This document shows, in pieces, positions 26,058 through 39,735 of a stretch of 64,000 bases of DNA (position 1 is its first letter; the number at the start of each line of letters is the position of its first letter). The stretch lies in contig NMRA01000243.1 of NCBI GenBank assembly GCA_002633005.1, forward strand, positions 76,783-140,782, read 5' to 3'. This stretch comes from Phoronis australis (Eukaryota; Animalia; Phoronida). The translations under genes and the position numbers were made by a program. Below the pieces are notes generated by a model, which made no database searches, was not told where the DNA came from, and was given only the letters and a program-made list of their open reading frames with translations.

Positions 26058-26160
26058 GACCTGTAAACAAACGCGACCTGTAAACAAACGGGACCTGTAA
26101 ACAAACGGGACCTGTAAACAAACGGGACCTGTAAACAAACGGGACCTGTAAACCAACCGG
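26058..26160. repeat. 17-bp tandem repeat, 6 copies (GACCTGTAAACAAACGG)
   Basis: Units start at 26058, 26075, 26092, 26109, 26126 and 26143. Confidence 0.95.
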
Positions 26161-26833
26161 TAGTGAAGAGCTGCCTCAAATAGATATAGTTGAGATCTAA
26201 CAGTGTGAAAATACGAAATTCCCGATGAACTAAAGCTAGTTGCTGGCCATCTAAGCTATAATTCACTGGAGACAGGCAGCTCGTACCGGCCGTCCGCACT
26301 GGCTCTTAGGTCAATTCTCGTTTATTGTGATTCAGTATTGGGAAAACTTTATTTTATGATGGTCATTATTTGAAAGAGTTTTTAAAAGGTGAGGTACTGA
26401 GGTCCCTGGTATAGTGCCTTTGGGGCTGTTTCAAAATCTATTTGAAACACGACCAGCAGTCCAGTTTCTGGTGGTTGGGGAAAATGATACAGGGTGTTTC
26501 CCAAAAATGTACACACTTCAACGCCTGAAGTTCAGTTCCCGTGGATCCCTGAGATTCTGCGCGGACCTACTGCATGGTTATATCTCATTTTAAACGTAGG
26601 TGCGTCAGTCATGACGTGCACGGGAATCAGGCAAGCAAACAATTCAGGTTTGAAGAACAAATATCCATTGCTCAATACTACGAGAAATTATTAGAATTTG
26701 TCAATAAAAACAGAAAAAGGTTGGCCACTTAAATATCATCAAAGTCCTCCTTCGAGGGCTTGGCCCCTAAATATGAAAATATCTATATTTTTCGAAAATC
26801 AGGAAATTCGCAGCAATTGATGTTATCTATCAG

Positions 26834-26983
26834 GGCTGAGTTGCATAAAGCTTCAAAAGTTATCCGCTGGATAAGTTTGATTGTTGCATGACGTCACGTG
26901 CATTGTTCAACAATAACAACGTGGCGCGTGATAATGCGACGTCATTGTTGGTATACGGCGTATAACTTTTATGCAACTGGGCC
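26834..26983. mobile_element. PIF/Harbinger-like MITE, 3-bp TSD CAG
   Basis: TIRs GGCTGAGTTGCATAAA / TTTATGCAACTGGGCC flanked by CAG. The internal sequence (ctggataagtttgat..gttgcatgacgtca..cattgttcaacaata) recurs at ~11475-11540. Confidence 0.65.
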
Positions 26984-28010
26984 CAGGTTATCAATTTTTC
27001 TCAAGTGACAGTTCCGACAAAAAATAAAGCTAATACTATCTCCTTTATCCCTTGCCAGAGAGGGGCCTCTGGAAAAATATAGTTTTGCGAATTTAAAAAT
27101 CCAATAAATTAGTACGCTCCGCAAGAGTTTCGCTTTACAAATTTTCTCGATTTTTCGAAATTTGTGTACGAGTATGAATGATTACGTCACATTTTCAAGT
27201 GCGCTTAGACGAACTGTGCTGCAAAGTGGAAACCCTAACAATGTCCTGGCCAGGGTCCTCAAAAAGTAAACCATACACTCTAAGTTGTTAAATGTTCTCT
27301 TAGAATTTTCTCTCTAATCCGTATCTCGCAGTCTTTCTTTTCTCTATTGTCCCCGGCCCCACGCCCATGTCGGTTGCCACGGTTTAGCCCTGTTCGACCA
27401 TTGTGAAACCGCCTCACGAGCTGAATGCCCCAAGAGCAGGGGGCCGGGTCTCTCTCCGGCAGAAAACGACTAAAAACCGACAGCTTAGTGAGCATGCGGT
27501 TTTCTTCGCCGGAAAATCATGTTGTGAATGGACTACCTGTCGAGGACGTAGATTCGCCAGTGAACCCACTGTCTCCTCATACGTCAATGCAGGGTACTAT
27601 GCTGACAGCTTTTTTGATTATGCTCGGTGGAGGTGGGCTAGTAACTCAGAAATTTCCGGTAGCCGGTGACTACATCAGTACCGTCTTCAGCACGACCACC
27701 ATGTTATTCCCAGGTCATCACGGGTGCTGGCAGGTGAAATTTCTCGTGATATATAAGGGCTTATAAGTGTATTTTCGAATCATAACAAGTGCGATCGGAT
27801 TTGAGACCTATTAAAAATAACCAATAAAGCGGTTAATCTTTGGAGCTTTGCGATGCAATTACCCACCGATAACAGGACATTGCCGATGACCTAACAAGCG
27901 CAAACTTGTCATCGTGAATTGGTGGGATGTCAAAGGTTATTGCGATTTGTGTAACCTATTCGCAGACAGTTTGTTTAGCTATTTGCCCAGTGACTACGAA
28001 TCCAGCAGTT

Positions 28011-31000
28011 ATGAAGTGCATGGTCATTCTCTCGCTTGCATTATTTGCCAGGGCCCAGCCTCCTATTCCAGCGTCGCCGCCAGGCGAAGAGTTTGGAGAG
28101 AGCGCCACGAACGCCACTGTCCAGTTAGACGTCTACCTGGACCCCGTGTGCCCGGACTCAAGGGCGGCATGGCCGACCATGAAGAATGTCCAGGAACACT
28201 ATGAAGGCAAACTCCGCCTTCTAGTTCACTGTTTTGCGCTACCCTATCACAGGAACTCTTTCCTGACCACTCAAGTGAGTATCTCTGTGGTGGACTAGGG
28301 ATGGTTTTAGTGATTCTGCGCTTCATTTCAAGATTTGATTCATATTTGAGCTCATGGCTATAAAATCATAAACCTCAGTCTTCCAGAATTCAAGTGCATG
28401 CACACCGTTAATATCCACGACACTGCTAAAGCAGCGCTTAATTTATATAATGAAGTATTTATCGAACGCCAGATGGCATGGAATGAAAAATTAAAATTGC
28501 AGAATGTGTAACTAAGCTGTTTGTGCTCAATTAGTGTCAAAATATTATTTCTACCAACGCATTTGACCGGTATTTGAAAGTTTGAAGCAGCCCAACGCCA
28601 ACGTGACAATGTCGTTTTACAGTGGGAATGTTAGTTTGTCAGGTATCTTAATTTGTTTCGCGATTTGACTATTTCTGAAATGCTTTTGCAATCGCGTCCA
28701 AACGTTTACAGGAGCATCAATGCTTGTACTCGCTTAGTTGCTTTTAAAATAGTGGTGTTGACTGCGCAGTCTATAGTCTCTCCTTAACAGCATACACTGT
28801 TGATGACGTGACAACCAATGAAGCTACAATTTTGAAAAATAATTTGATTTCAGACTTTCTACTTCATAACAAAAGAAGCTGGCACTGCAAAAGCAATGAA
28901 GTATTTAGACGCTATATTCAACGCTTACCCGGCATTTGAGAATGCAAAAACGTGGAACTTATCCGACCCACAAGTGATCATGTGTGTACTTTATTATACT
29001 TTGATTGGTATCACCGAACATACAAATAGTCAAGTTCATTTCTTTGGTATTATTATTTTTGTAATGTGGCGTATGAACAAGATAAGTGAACATTAATGCA
29101 AAATGTAAAATTGTTTCTTCCTGTAGTCTTGCACATTTATAAACCAAAGCGTTATAAAATTGGTCAAATTGTTCCTTAATCCTAAATGAAGGTGATTTCA
29201 GGGTATGAACAAACTGACAGTTCGTTATTGCGGAAGACCAGACTCAATAAGTGTCAATAAATAACGCACTCTCAGGCCAACCCAAAAATCACTTTTCATG
29301 GAGGATATGAGTTGAGGCCAACTCTGTAGCGGTGAGTTGTCCAAATCAATAGTCGCTTCTTGGACGTAACACAGGTTTACAACCGCTTCAGATTAGAAAT
29401 ATGTCAAAAATCATCAGCCGTGTTCATGTGATTTCATTCGTTGTACATGTACACGCTATGAGTGCACTCCATAAAGTGGTTAGAATTATTCTAGGAACGG
29501 TGATTTTAATTCTCGAACTAACGGGAATATGAGATGACTACCCGTAAAATTAAACCTGAAGTCATTACTTACAATGGAAGTAAACATCTCGACATGTCGG
29601 GCGTGCAGGTGTTCCACACTCCCTAATAACAAAACAGATGAATCATAACATCGTGTTTTTTCGTTATACTGAGTCATTTTTATTGCGTGGAAGTTTTGGT
29701 GATTGCAGCGATAATTCATGCATCTCTGCACCATTCTGCGCACGATACCGGAAATTTTTAACACACAGTTACGCGCAGCTTTCTACCCACGCTACGTCGT
29801 ACGCATAATAAATTTATAAACTACAGCTTAAAATCCCTGCTCAGCTTCTCTTGACGGAGTAATTAGTTTTTGCTGAGACGAATATATTAAAGGGATCGCT
29901 GTTAGCCACTGCTCCCTTCACTGCTTGTTGTTCAGCTGAGATGGACGGCCGCGGGACTTTTTGAAACGTCAGAGCATGATTTCAAACTGAGTTCTAGAAA
30001 TTGTGGAATTTAAGAAGACCCCTTGGGTAAAAAGGTGTAAAAAAATTCGTGCGCTCTTTGATGCAACGTTTCCCTCCATGCGTCATCGAGCTAAAATAGT
30101 CCATAACCAAAAAAGTGACGAGTGGGTGATATGATTAGTTTTTTGGTGGGCCAGTCAGAAGAATATGCCGAACTAGTTGAAATGATACTAAACCCTGTTT
30201 GATGATTTCTGTCGCCTGCATTGGTGTCAATTTTGAACGATAAAAGAAGGAATCAAGTAAAAACTCGTACTCCTTATTTCAGAAATTGGACATTGTGGTC
30301 CTTGGAAGGTGGTCTGTTCCCACAGTTGGCGTATAATTCACTGAAAGCGTAGGTCACTATTGCCCGTTTAGTAGATTTTGAAAGGAGTTTTCCTCCAAAA
30401 TTTTGAGGGTTTTCGAGGGTTACAGAGCATTATTTCGTTTCAAAGAATTGAACGGGAAATTCGTTCTTTTGTATCTGTTAACAGGCCAAAACTGGCTTTA
30501 CTCACTCTTTTATTATTACTTACCTACTTATTGATTTAGTGCACGCATCTTTAACGTTAACCAAAGTAAATTTTTTGCGGCGTGAAGTAATTATTTGCGT
30601 CGTGAAGTAACTGTTAACGGCATGCAGTGCAAAGTACTTCGGTACGACTAAAGCTTGCATTGAATAATTTATGCCCACGTCCCCTTACGAGATTTCTTCA
30701 TCATCAGTTGTGGTGCCACAGATACGTTATAAGGTCACCGAGGACACGGACGTTTGTCAACTGGTGCTTTCATCCCATCTGATCCGCTTATGTCTGATAA
30801 AAGTCACTAACTGATACGTTTTAAATCAGAATTCACCATACCCGCGGTGCACCCGGGCTACGGGCCCAATGATCCAACACGTTTATTGCGAGAAAAGCGA
30901 GATCACGCAGAACCACACAAAATCGCGCGATTGAGGGGCGAGTGCTTCGCAGTGTAGACTAACAAAAATAACCACCATTCAACTGATTGATCGGAGAGGC

Positions 31001-32249
31001 AAAATGTTGTATAGGCCTAAGAGAGTAAATTCGCGGTTTCTGTTACCCATGAGCGACTGTTTCTTGCAGCAAGTGTCTTGCGCTTATGAAACGCGTTATT
31101 CGCTTTCTGCCTGTCTTCGTTAAATATGGTATAACGAAGGGAATCCATCGAAAAACGCCATGTTTCGCGTAATTGACACGCTGTTTTATGTTTCAGGTCA
31201 CTTTCTAGCGTTGTTCAAAAAGCCACGTCGATTGACGGCAAGACTTTCATAAGCAAAATAAGCCAACCAGACGCCCCGTCCAACAACCTGGCCCGCGTTG
31301 CTTGGAAGTACGGGTGCACGCGTAAGTACTCACGGCTTTGATAGGAAATTAGTCACGCACGCACGCACACACACACCTATCATGTATCCGCCTTAGGTTA
31401 AAAGTAACTGTCTGATTAGAGTTACATCACTACTGTTTTGGTCTATTTAGGCCCATCCCCTGTGTGTGTGAGAGTACGCCTATAGATATCCGGAATAGAC
31501 GAAACACTTGGAAAAAACAATTGAGTACATTTTCAAAATAGCGTGTGAGAGAAGTTATTCTTACACTAATATTGAAAAGAAATAATAATTACAGACTACA
31601 GAAAACATGGAAAACACAACTAAACACACGCGGATATATAATGTATTGCCAACTGCACCTGTCAGTGCGATGGTACGAAACACGTGAGTAAAACTAACAA
31701 AACGCAGTGTTTCGGATGTATGGATACGGGTTTAAGTACGAGCATATGCGTTACAAAATCCCCATGGTCTGAATTTCTTTCTCACTGAAAATACAAGCGA
31801 TTTCTGTGCTCGGGAGAGACTAAGAGTTCTTGACACCAGGACGGAGGTCGTCATCCTTCGGACGCAATAAATTGGTCCCGTGACCGAACGCTAAATGATG
31901 CTACCAATCTGTGTATTGAGACAACAATCTGAACATTTACCAGAGGAAAAAATTATCAGATTAATAAATAATGCGTGAATACTGTACATTTTCTACAAAT
32001 TTATGGTTAGACAAAAAGAGTGAAGTGCCAGCAGTTTTTTCTAAGATGTGTCCACAAGCCTTTCATGAAAAGGTATTAATCATTTCTCCATCACTGAAAA
32101 ACGTTTCGTTAAACCACAGATTACCTTTTGCAGGAGGAGTATACGGTACGCCGGTATTCTTCGTCAACGGTGTGATGGTGAATGGAGACCCAGAATGGAC
32201 GGTGAAAGACTGGACCAAAATACTGGATCCACTGGTTCACGCGGAGTGA
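28011..32249 (+). CDS. Secreted DsbA/Thioredoxin_4-like thioredoxin-fold protein with CxxS (CPDS) motif, 210 aa, 4 exons
   Basis: Exons 28011-28274, 28854-28981, 31197-31321 and 32134-32249 total 633 nt in frame with GT-AG introns. Signal peptide MKCMVILSLALFARA; motifs VYLDPVCPDS, FALPYHRNSF, AWKYGCTRGVYGTPVFFVNG (cis-Pro loop). AATAAA at ~32317. Confidence 0.85.
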
Positions 32250-33565
32250 ATTAATTTCCATTTGAATTTGTAATTTTCAATGTATACATCTTTTGTGAAT
32301 ATGGTTAATTAAAGCTAATAAAATGTAAAAAACAACAGGTGCATATCAAGCTTCCTGGTTCCATCTCCGACCAAGGGATCAACAAACAGAAAGCATTCGT
32401 AGCACCATCTGACGGATGACAGGTGAAAATGAACAAGAAGTGCCACTGACGTCACTAGCAGTCGTGATTAAACAACGGCGATTAGAACCGAGGAAGTTTG
32501 TGGTCAGGAATGTGGTCGAGATTGGACGAGTGTGGATCGCCGTCTTCTCGCCTCTTACATTCTGGGAATGCGTCCCCTCAGCTCGGAATTCCATTTTTGA
32601 CCCAAAGTTCACGTCATGTTTTAATTCCACGAAATAACAGTACTGGCGTATTTGGTTCTTCATAATGTTCTGCGTTCCCCACGTTTTTTTGGGGGATACA
32701 CCTTTAAAATGTGCTTAAACTTAAAACACAATTGTTGATGGTTATATAAACAGTACACGGAACACTAAAAGCTCTGCTCGTTTTAAAACACAACTTGCTT
32801 TGAAGTATATTAATAATGCTCTCCCATTCCATTGCATAACCAAGACTGCTGATTAAATCCACCAAAAACCGTAAGTTATGACTATGGCACCGGAAATTGT
32901 AAATAAAATATTCGCAGGTTTCAACATCAAATACCCACAGAGTATAACTGACATTAAAACGCCAACGAATTTTACTTCTGAAGCGCCGCATTACAGATAA
33001 GTCCAAGCTTCAATATCTGTTCCCGGGAACCCCTACTCAAACAAAAAACACTTGGAGAACTCAACCATTGATTTTTTTATTCATGAATGTGCAATATTCT
33101 TAAACTTTCATAACAATGATGACTAAGGCTGTAGAGTGGTGGCGCTTCGAAAGAGTCATCAAATCGTTTCTCGGCAGCAAGCTTCGTCACAATCAAATTA
33201 AAGGGGTGCATACTCCCCTAATCGGAGGAAACTGGCTTTATTTGCGTCAGCGACATTGTTCGAAACGATACTCCATGCATAGCATTAAGATCATACTTGC
33301 TTTAATGTAAACTAGAGATCTCAAGTCCTATCAGCAAAGCTTATTTTTGTGCGTAATGTGCTCCTAGTTTCTTTTCGACTCATCTCTGGGAAGATTTATC
33401 ACGTAAAAACGTTACTAAGGTAAGGGTTAAACCAAATATGGCAACCGGTGAAAGGGCATCTGAATGATTTAATTTTCAGTTTATACAGCTGTTAAAGCCA
33501 ATTGGGGGTATTGTGTAAGTATACAGGTGTTGGTTCTGTTTTCCCATAAAAGGATACTAAACCCT

Positions 33566-36270
33566 GTTCTAGTGATTTTCAACCAATACTGTTTCCGTTA
33601 ATGCACAATTGATTAGCCCACTTGAGTGACAAAACACATGATTCAGCTGAAAGTGTCATAAAAATGAGTCCTGGGCCGGATTATTCGTGGGTGGTCTTTC
33701 CTCACAGTTGTCATCTAAATTCGCCAAAAGCTACATGTATGGCTATGCTTGCCGGTATAACAGACTTTGTAAGAGTTTCAAATTCACTCCAAAATTTTGA
33801 GAGTTGGTGAGGGTTACAGAGCACTATTTTATGCTCGATGTGGCCGTCGTGGTCATAACTGTTAATAGGCCAAAGGCGGGCTTAGTATCCGTTAAAGCTT
33901 GAAATATGCAAGTATATTTGCCATGAACGAGGACAGGAATTCATGGTAATAGGTGTGCACCCTTCGATAAGGTCTCCGAAAGCGTCGGTAATTATATGTA
34001 CTTTGCCTTGGGTTTTTTTGTATTTAACATGGCACGTGCCTTGGGCCAACCGCCAGGCTGACCATAATGGACCGTGCATCAGAGAAACTCCGTTTTGAGA
34101 AACAAAAATGAGAGTTGGGCTGGCAAAAAATACCTTTATTATGGGGTAACAATGGAGCATTACGAAAATACAGTCTCTGGGACGACTGTTGTTGAAAACC
34201 CGCCGCAAGAGATGTCCGTGACAGTTAATTTATGCCCGCATATCCGAGAGGACTTGTGGACAAAAGTGAGAGGGAATTGAGCTGATGTAATGTCGTGCAC
34301 AAAAGGGTGCCAGACGGATAACCCAACCTAACTCCTTGGTAGCCAAGTGATGAGGGTGGAGGCACGTTTCCCCGACGCTGAATAGCGGCCATGTGTTTGC
34401 TCACCTTGTGTCCTGGCGGTAAGTAACTAAAAAGACTCCAAATAAGGAATCACGTCAATCACATCAAGCAAGTTGAAAATGGAAGTTAAAATAATGAAGA
34501 TAATAACAATCATGATGGAAGGTTATAAACAAAAAACAACAACAGAACTAGGTGCAAGCAGTAACGCCACATTAAAGGACCTTGTCAGTAATTGTTCATT
34601 ACGAGCTCATTTATTTGTATGGCATGTAGACTACACACGCACGCACACGCACGCACACGCACACGTACACACGTTCTTGCCAAGTTACACGTTTACTTGC
34701 GTTGATCGGGCTCAGTACACGTAGTTCTCTTACACTTAATGACTACGGGGTGCCGCCGTCAATTCAAAGAACAATATAATACCTAAGCAACTGGTAAAGC
34801 GTGTACCCAAGGCAACATCAAGTGATGAAAATCGACACCCTAGACAAGTACCCCTCTTCCGGTCGCCATGTGGTCTCCCACTCGCGACGATACCATGGAC
34901 GTAACCTGAATATATTTTCCNGTTCTAGTGATTTTCAACCAATACTGTTTCCGTTAATGCACAATTGATTAGCCCATTTGAGTGACAAAACACATGATTC
35001 AGCTGAAAGTACTTGCTCAACGTGTCATAAAAATGAGTCCTGGGATTATTCGTGGGTGGTCTTTCCTCACAGTTGTCATCTAAATTCGCCAAAAGCTATG
35101 GCTATGTTTGCCGGTATAACAGACTTTGTAAGAGTTTCAAATTCACTCCAAAATTTTGAGAGTTGGTGAGGGTTACAGAGCACTATTTTATGCTCGATGT
35201 GACCGTCGTGGTCATACATGTACCTGTTAATAGGCCAAAGCCGGGCTTAGTATCCGTTAAAGCTTGAAATATGCAAGTATATTTGCCATGAACGAGGACA
35301 GGAATTCATGGTAATAGGTATGCACCCTTCGATAAGGTCTTCGAAAGCGTCGGTAATTATATGTACTTTGCCTTGGTTTTTTTTTGTATTTGACGTGGCA
35401 CGTGCCTTGGGCCAACCGCCAGGCGGACCATAATGGCCGTGCATCAGAGAAACTCCGTTTTGAGAAACAAAAATGAGAGTTGGGCTTGCAAAATTATCTT
35501 TATTATGGCGTAACAATGGAGCATTACGAAAATACAGTCTCTGGGACGACGGTTGTAGAAAACCCGCCGCAAGAGATGTCCGTGACAGTTAATTCATGTC
35601 CGGACACTGATCCGAGAGGACTCGTGGAAAAAGTGAGAGGGAATTGGGCTGACGTAACGTCGTGCACAAAAGGGTGCCAGACGGATAACCCAACCTAACT
35701 CCTTGGTAGCCAAGTGATGAGGGTGGAGGCACTTTTCCCGGACGCTGAATAGCGGCCATGTGTTTGCTCACCTTGTGTCCTGGCGGTAAGTAACTAAAAA
35801 AAGGAATAACGACATAAAGCAAGTTGAAAATGGAAATTAAAATAATGAAGATAATAACAATCATGATGGAAGGTTATAAACAAAAAACAACTACAGAACT
35901 AGGTGCAAGCAGTAACGCCACATTAAAGGACTTTGTCAGTAATTGTTCATTACGAGCTCATTTATTTGTATGGCATGTAGACTACACACGCACGCACACG
36001 CACGCACACGCACACGTACACACGTTCTTGCCAAGTTACACGTTTACTTGCGTTGATCGGGCTCAGTACACGTAGTTCTCTTACACTTAATGACTACGGG
36101 GTGCCGCCGTCAATTCAAAGAACAATATAATACCTAAGCAACTGGTAAAGCGTGTACCCAAGGCAACATCAAGTGATGAAAATCGACACCCTAGACAAGT
36201 ACCCCTCTTCCGGTCGCCATGTGGTCTCCCACTCGCGACGATACCATGGACGTAACCTGAATATATTTTC
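33566..36270. repeat. Tandem duplication of ~1.35 kb separated by a single N
   Basis: 33566-34920 is nearly the same as 34922-36270, with N at 34921. A more diverged relative lies at ~30190-30500. Confidence 0.92.
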
Positions 36271-38098
36271 CGGAGGCCCGACCGAAAATATCCATGCATT
36301 TAATTGTGAAAGTTCATAGGCCCTGCCAACACAACGTCCCTTTTAAATTTCAATGGGAGAATCCGAGATAAGCGAATATGTTTTGACCAAGAACAAAAGC
36401 CCTAGTCACCGCAGTCCTAAAGTTAGGGGCAAAATAGGTCACGAGGTGTGTGCATTTTTGGGAAAATCACATTTTTAAATGGTCATCCACGGATATTGGG
36501 TCAGTCACCCAACACATTCTGACAAAGTAGTTAATTCAAATAAAAATTCTCTTGCCATGACGTGGCAGTATAAACACGGTAAAAATGTCACATGTTCTCG
36601 AGCAGAGACATGTGAAACTAAAGGTCAAGAAAACTTACTCTATCCGATGTTGCCAGAAATGAATGCTAAAAGTCAGAACACAACAGTTTTCACTGGCCGA
36701 TCTATAATATCAAAAAGGGGTAAACTGCAATATTCACTGAAAGGATAAAAGTTTGCGATAACTCTAAAAACTGCCGCATTTTAGTCATGCCAGGATTTCC
36801 CGGGCCCTCCTAAACCCGCCCATGGTTTTGGAAATGCTCTTATGCACTATCCAACTTCCAATACTTACACGGAAAATGGGAGGAAATGTTTCCACTGTAG
36901 ATTTACTCCTGTATGTATTTAGTTCCTGGAACTATCTCTTGTTACCATAGCCATTTGACACTGTATACCTCTTTGCCAAATGCCTAAAACGCCTTGACAG
37001 TGATGCAAATGTGCTTCGACATTGCTTGAGGGGCGCATAACGTGGAGTTTCATATTGCTTATTGTTGCAACTGAAAAATAAGTAAAGAATTAACTATCAA
37101 GAACTGGCGTCCAACCGCAATGTGAGTATACTCTACACTTATTAACTTTTTGCTTAGGACGCTATAACTGTGTTGATGATGGACGCGGTCAAGTAGAGGC
37201 ACTGCAAGTTAAACGAAAATGCACGCACGGGGATAACCGAGGGAAATAATCTAACGAATTTCAAGGCTTGACTTCACCATATCAGAGGTCGGTTTTATTC
37301 ATTGGTTTCGAAAGTTCTTTAACGCGTGAGTTCAAAACAGAGATAGTTCGTTGATATCTTATATTAACACGGTTTTCCAGTTAATAAAATAGGATGTGCT
37401 GCCTGTAATTCATTGCTAACGAAACTTTCAAATGATATTTTATTTTGTTCGAGTTGCAAATATGATAAATACGGTAAATTACCAAAAGGGGTATTTTAAA
37501 AATCGACGCTTTGTGATGCAGACACTTATGGCCAATTCTCTGATTCTGATTTATTTCCCGATTTTTACCATATCATCGAGTAAACTAGACGACTTTGCGG
37601 AGACTGGTACATTTTTGAAATTCTTCAGGACTCTTCACAACATTTTCTATCCAGCGCCAGGCAAGTTAGCACTGCCAGGCTGTTTGAGCTGTTATCGCCT
37701 GTGATCAGCTTTAGTAATTACATCGCGGTAACAGCGGGTTCCCTCGATATTTAGGCATTTAGGCTGATATATCAGAGAAGTTATCAGCTTTATAATATAT
37801 GTTTATCATTTCGACAGTGGGCACCGACGGCGCGTTGCTCGCGCCAGCATTAATTTTAGTTTTATTGTCCGGGTCTAGACGTTCAGGAACGGTTTTAGAA
37901 AGCACAACGTCGGACTTCAAATTTATAAAGCTGTCCCCTTTACGGGATCGAACAGTGGTAAGTATATTATCCAGTTTTTATTGTTAGTTTTTGCATCACT
38001 AAACATGGTTTTAATAGTTTTCTAACATTGTACCATATAGAATTTATACCACAGTCATAAATTTTAATTTGTAGCGACACAAGCTAGTTGAAATAATG

Positions 38099-38290
38099 AT
38101 GTCTAAGAAAGAGCCTCTACGCGCCAAAATCGATATACGGATTCTTGGACTGTGAGAGAGGCGCCCAGATGAAATCCAAAATTCCCAGATCAAATTTGTA
38201 CATCAGTGTTTCACTACTACACACTACCGGCATCAATTTCAAACCTGAAATAATATTTTTATACCAGTGACTGGTCGGCAATGGATCGAT
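38099..38290 (+). pseudogene. Possible decayed hAT (ZMYM1/TTF-type) transposase N-terminal fragment
   Basis: KIDIRILG..RRPDEIQ, then after a frameshift NFKPE...YQ*LVG, recalls the pattern K.EIK.LGRP.P..R.F....Y....WL.G. Interrupted by stops; weak. Confidence 0.3.
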
Positions 38291-39689
38291 TTTTAGAATT
38301 CAACTGAATACCAAAATTAGCGAAAATCTAGTTACCCATTTCAGTTTTAAAATAGGTGAAAAACGACCCCAACTTAGATTGACCGCATGTAGGCAGCTGC
38401 CCCAAGAATGGAAGAGAGTCCCTGGGAAGATGTGACGCATTCGCACGTGCTTTTCACAGTTGCCTTGCACAACGTTATCATGACCTCCAACCATAGACAG
38501 ACGCGATGATAGATAACGTATGCACAGACTGGCACTCACAACAGGAGCTTCTGAGTATAGACCAAATTGGGTAACTGCTAGTGAACTTTTAAACACAGAC
38601 AGAGGCGCTGATACAGGTAGAGTTTCGTAGATGCAAGACCCTCCCTAAGGAAGCCTGTGTGATCACGTGCTACGTATAATGCATGACGATAGCGACGTCT
38701 TACGTGTCTTTGCGTTTCGCGACCCCTTTTCTGTAGACACGCCTGTTGCACCTGCAAGCCTCATTGATTTCATAGTGAGTTCAAAGTCTGACAGCAAATA
38801 ATGAAAATAATATAACCGACGTAAATAAACCAGGGAGTGGGTAAGTTTGTCTGTGACGCATTTTGCTGGCAACGCCGCATAAATAATGAGGTTTCGCAGA
38901 AGGTACGCCCGCTTTTTATATATTTTTTTAAAAAATAATTATATAGTAAAAAAACGCGAGTATTTACACGACTGTAATTTACGAAAATGTACATTTTGGT
39001 GTTATCTTTCGACTGACAAAACTCACCCTGTGTTCTAAAAAGGTGAAAGGACAGGAAACAGTACCTTTAAAGGGACATGCGCACGGGTTCAAGGTCGCCG
39101 GAAGTACTTGACAATTTCAGAAAAGAAATGATTGCAGGTTAATATGCCGATACACGGCGTAAAGACGGATGTTTTGTTTCAAGACATAGTTTATTTAATA
39201 AATATTGAGGCATGTGAAATGAAAACAGTAGTCATTTAGTTCATGATGATTGAGCGAACAAGTGAATTCGTTTTAAATCCACAAAATACACCCTTTTCAC
39301 CGTCGTGAATGAATGCTAAAGTTTTGGTTAAAGGAGACTTCCCCAGTTTTTATGGGATTCTCTACATAAAGTCATTTTAAAACAAAATGAGAAGTACTTC
39401 GCTTACAGTTTTTTTAGAACTAGAAATTCTGACGAAAGTAAGATAAATGTATATATATATACATAAATATATAAATGTTTATATTATAACATGGTGTAAA
39501 TGATAAAACATTGAAAGGACATAATGACTAAAATAGATTTTTTGAATATTAACCGTGACCAGAGGTATAAAACAGAGAAATCCGATGGTTGTTTATAGTG
39601 ATTTTATCCGAAATTGTCGATTCTCGACATCGGCTATAGTTTCGTATACTTGCCGCATTATACAGTAGTCAAAACATTCGAATGTGACC

Positions 39690-39735
39690 CCAGACTGGGA
39701 GGTCGTGGGTTCGAATCCACCTTGGGTTGGGACTG
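39690..39735 (+). mobile_element. Partial tRNA-SINE (B-box only)
   Basis: GAGGTCGTGGGTTCGAATCC resembles the element at 57743; no A-box seen. Confidence 0.4.

Noticed and set aside
25833-26156. 107-aa ORF with repeated RSRLFTGPVCLQV
   Set aside because: It is simply the translation of the 17-bp tandem repeat.
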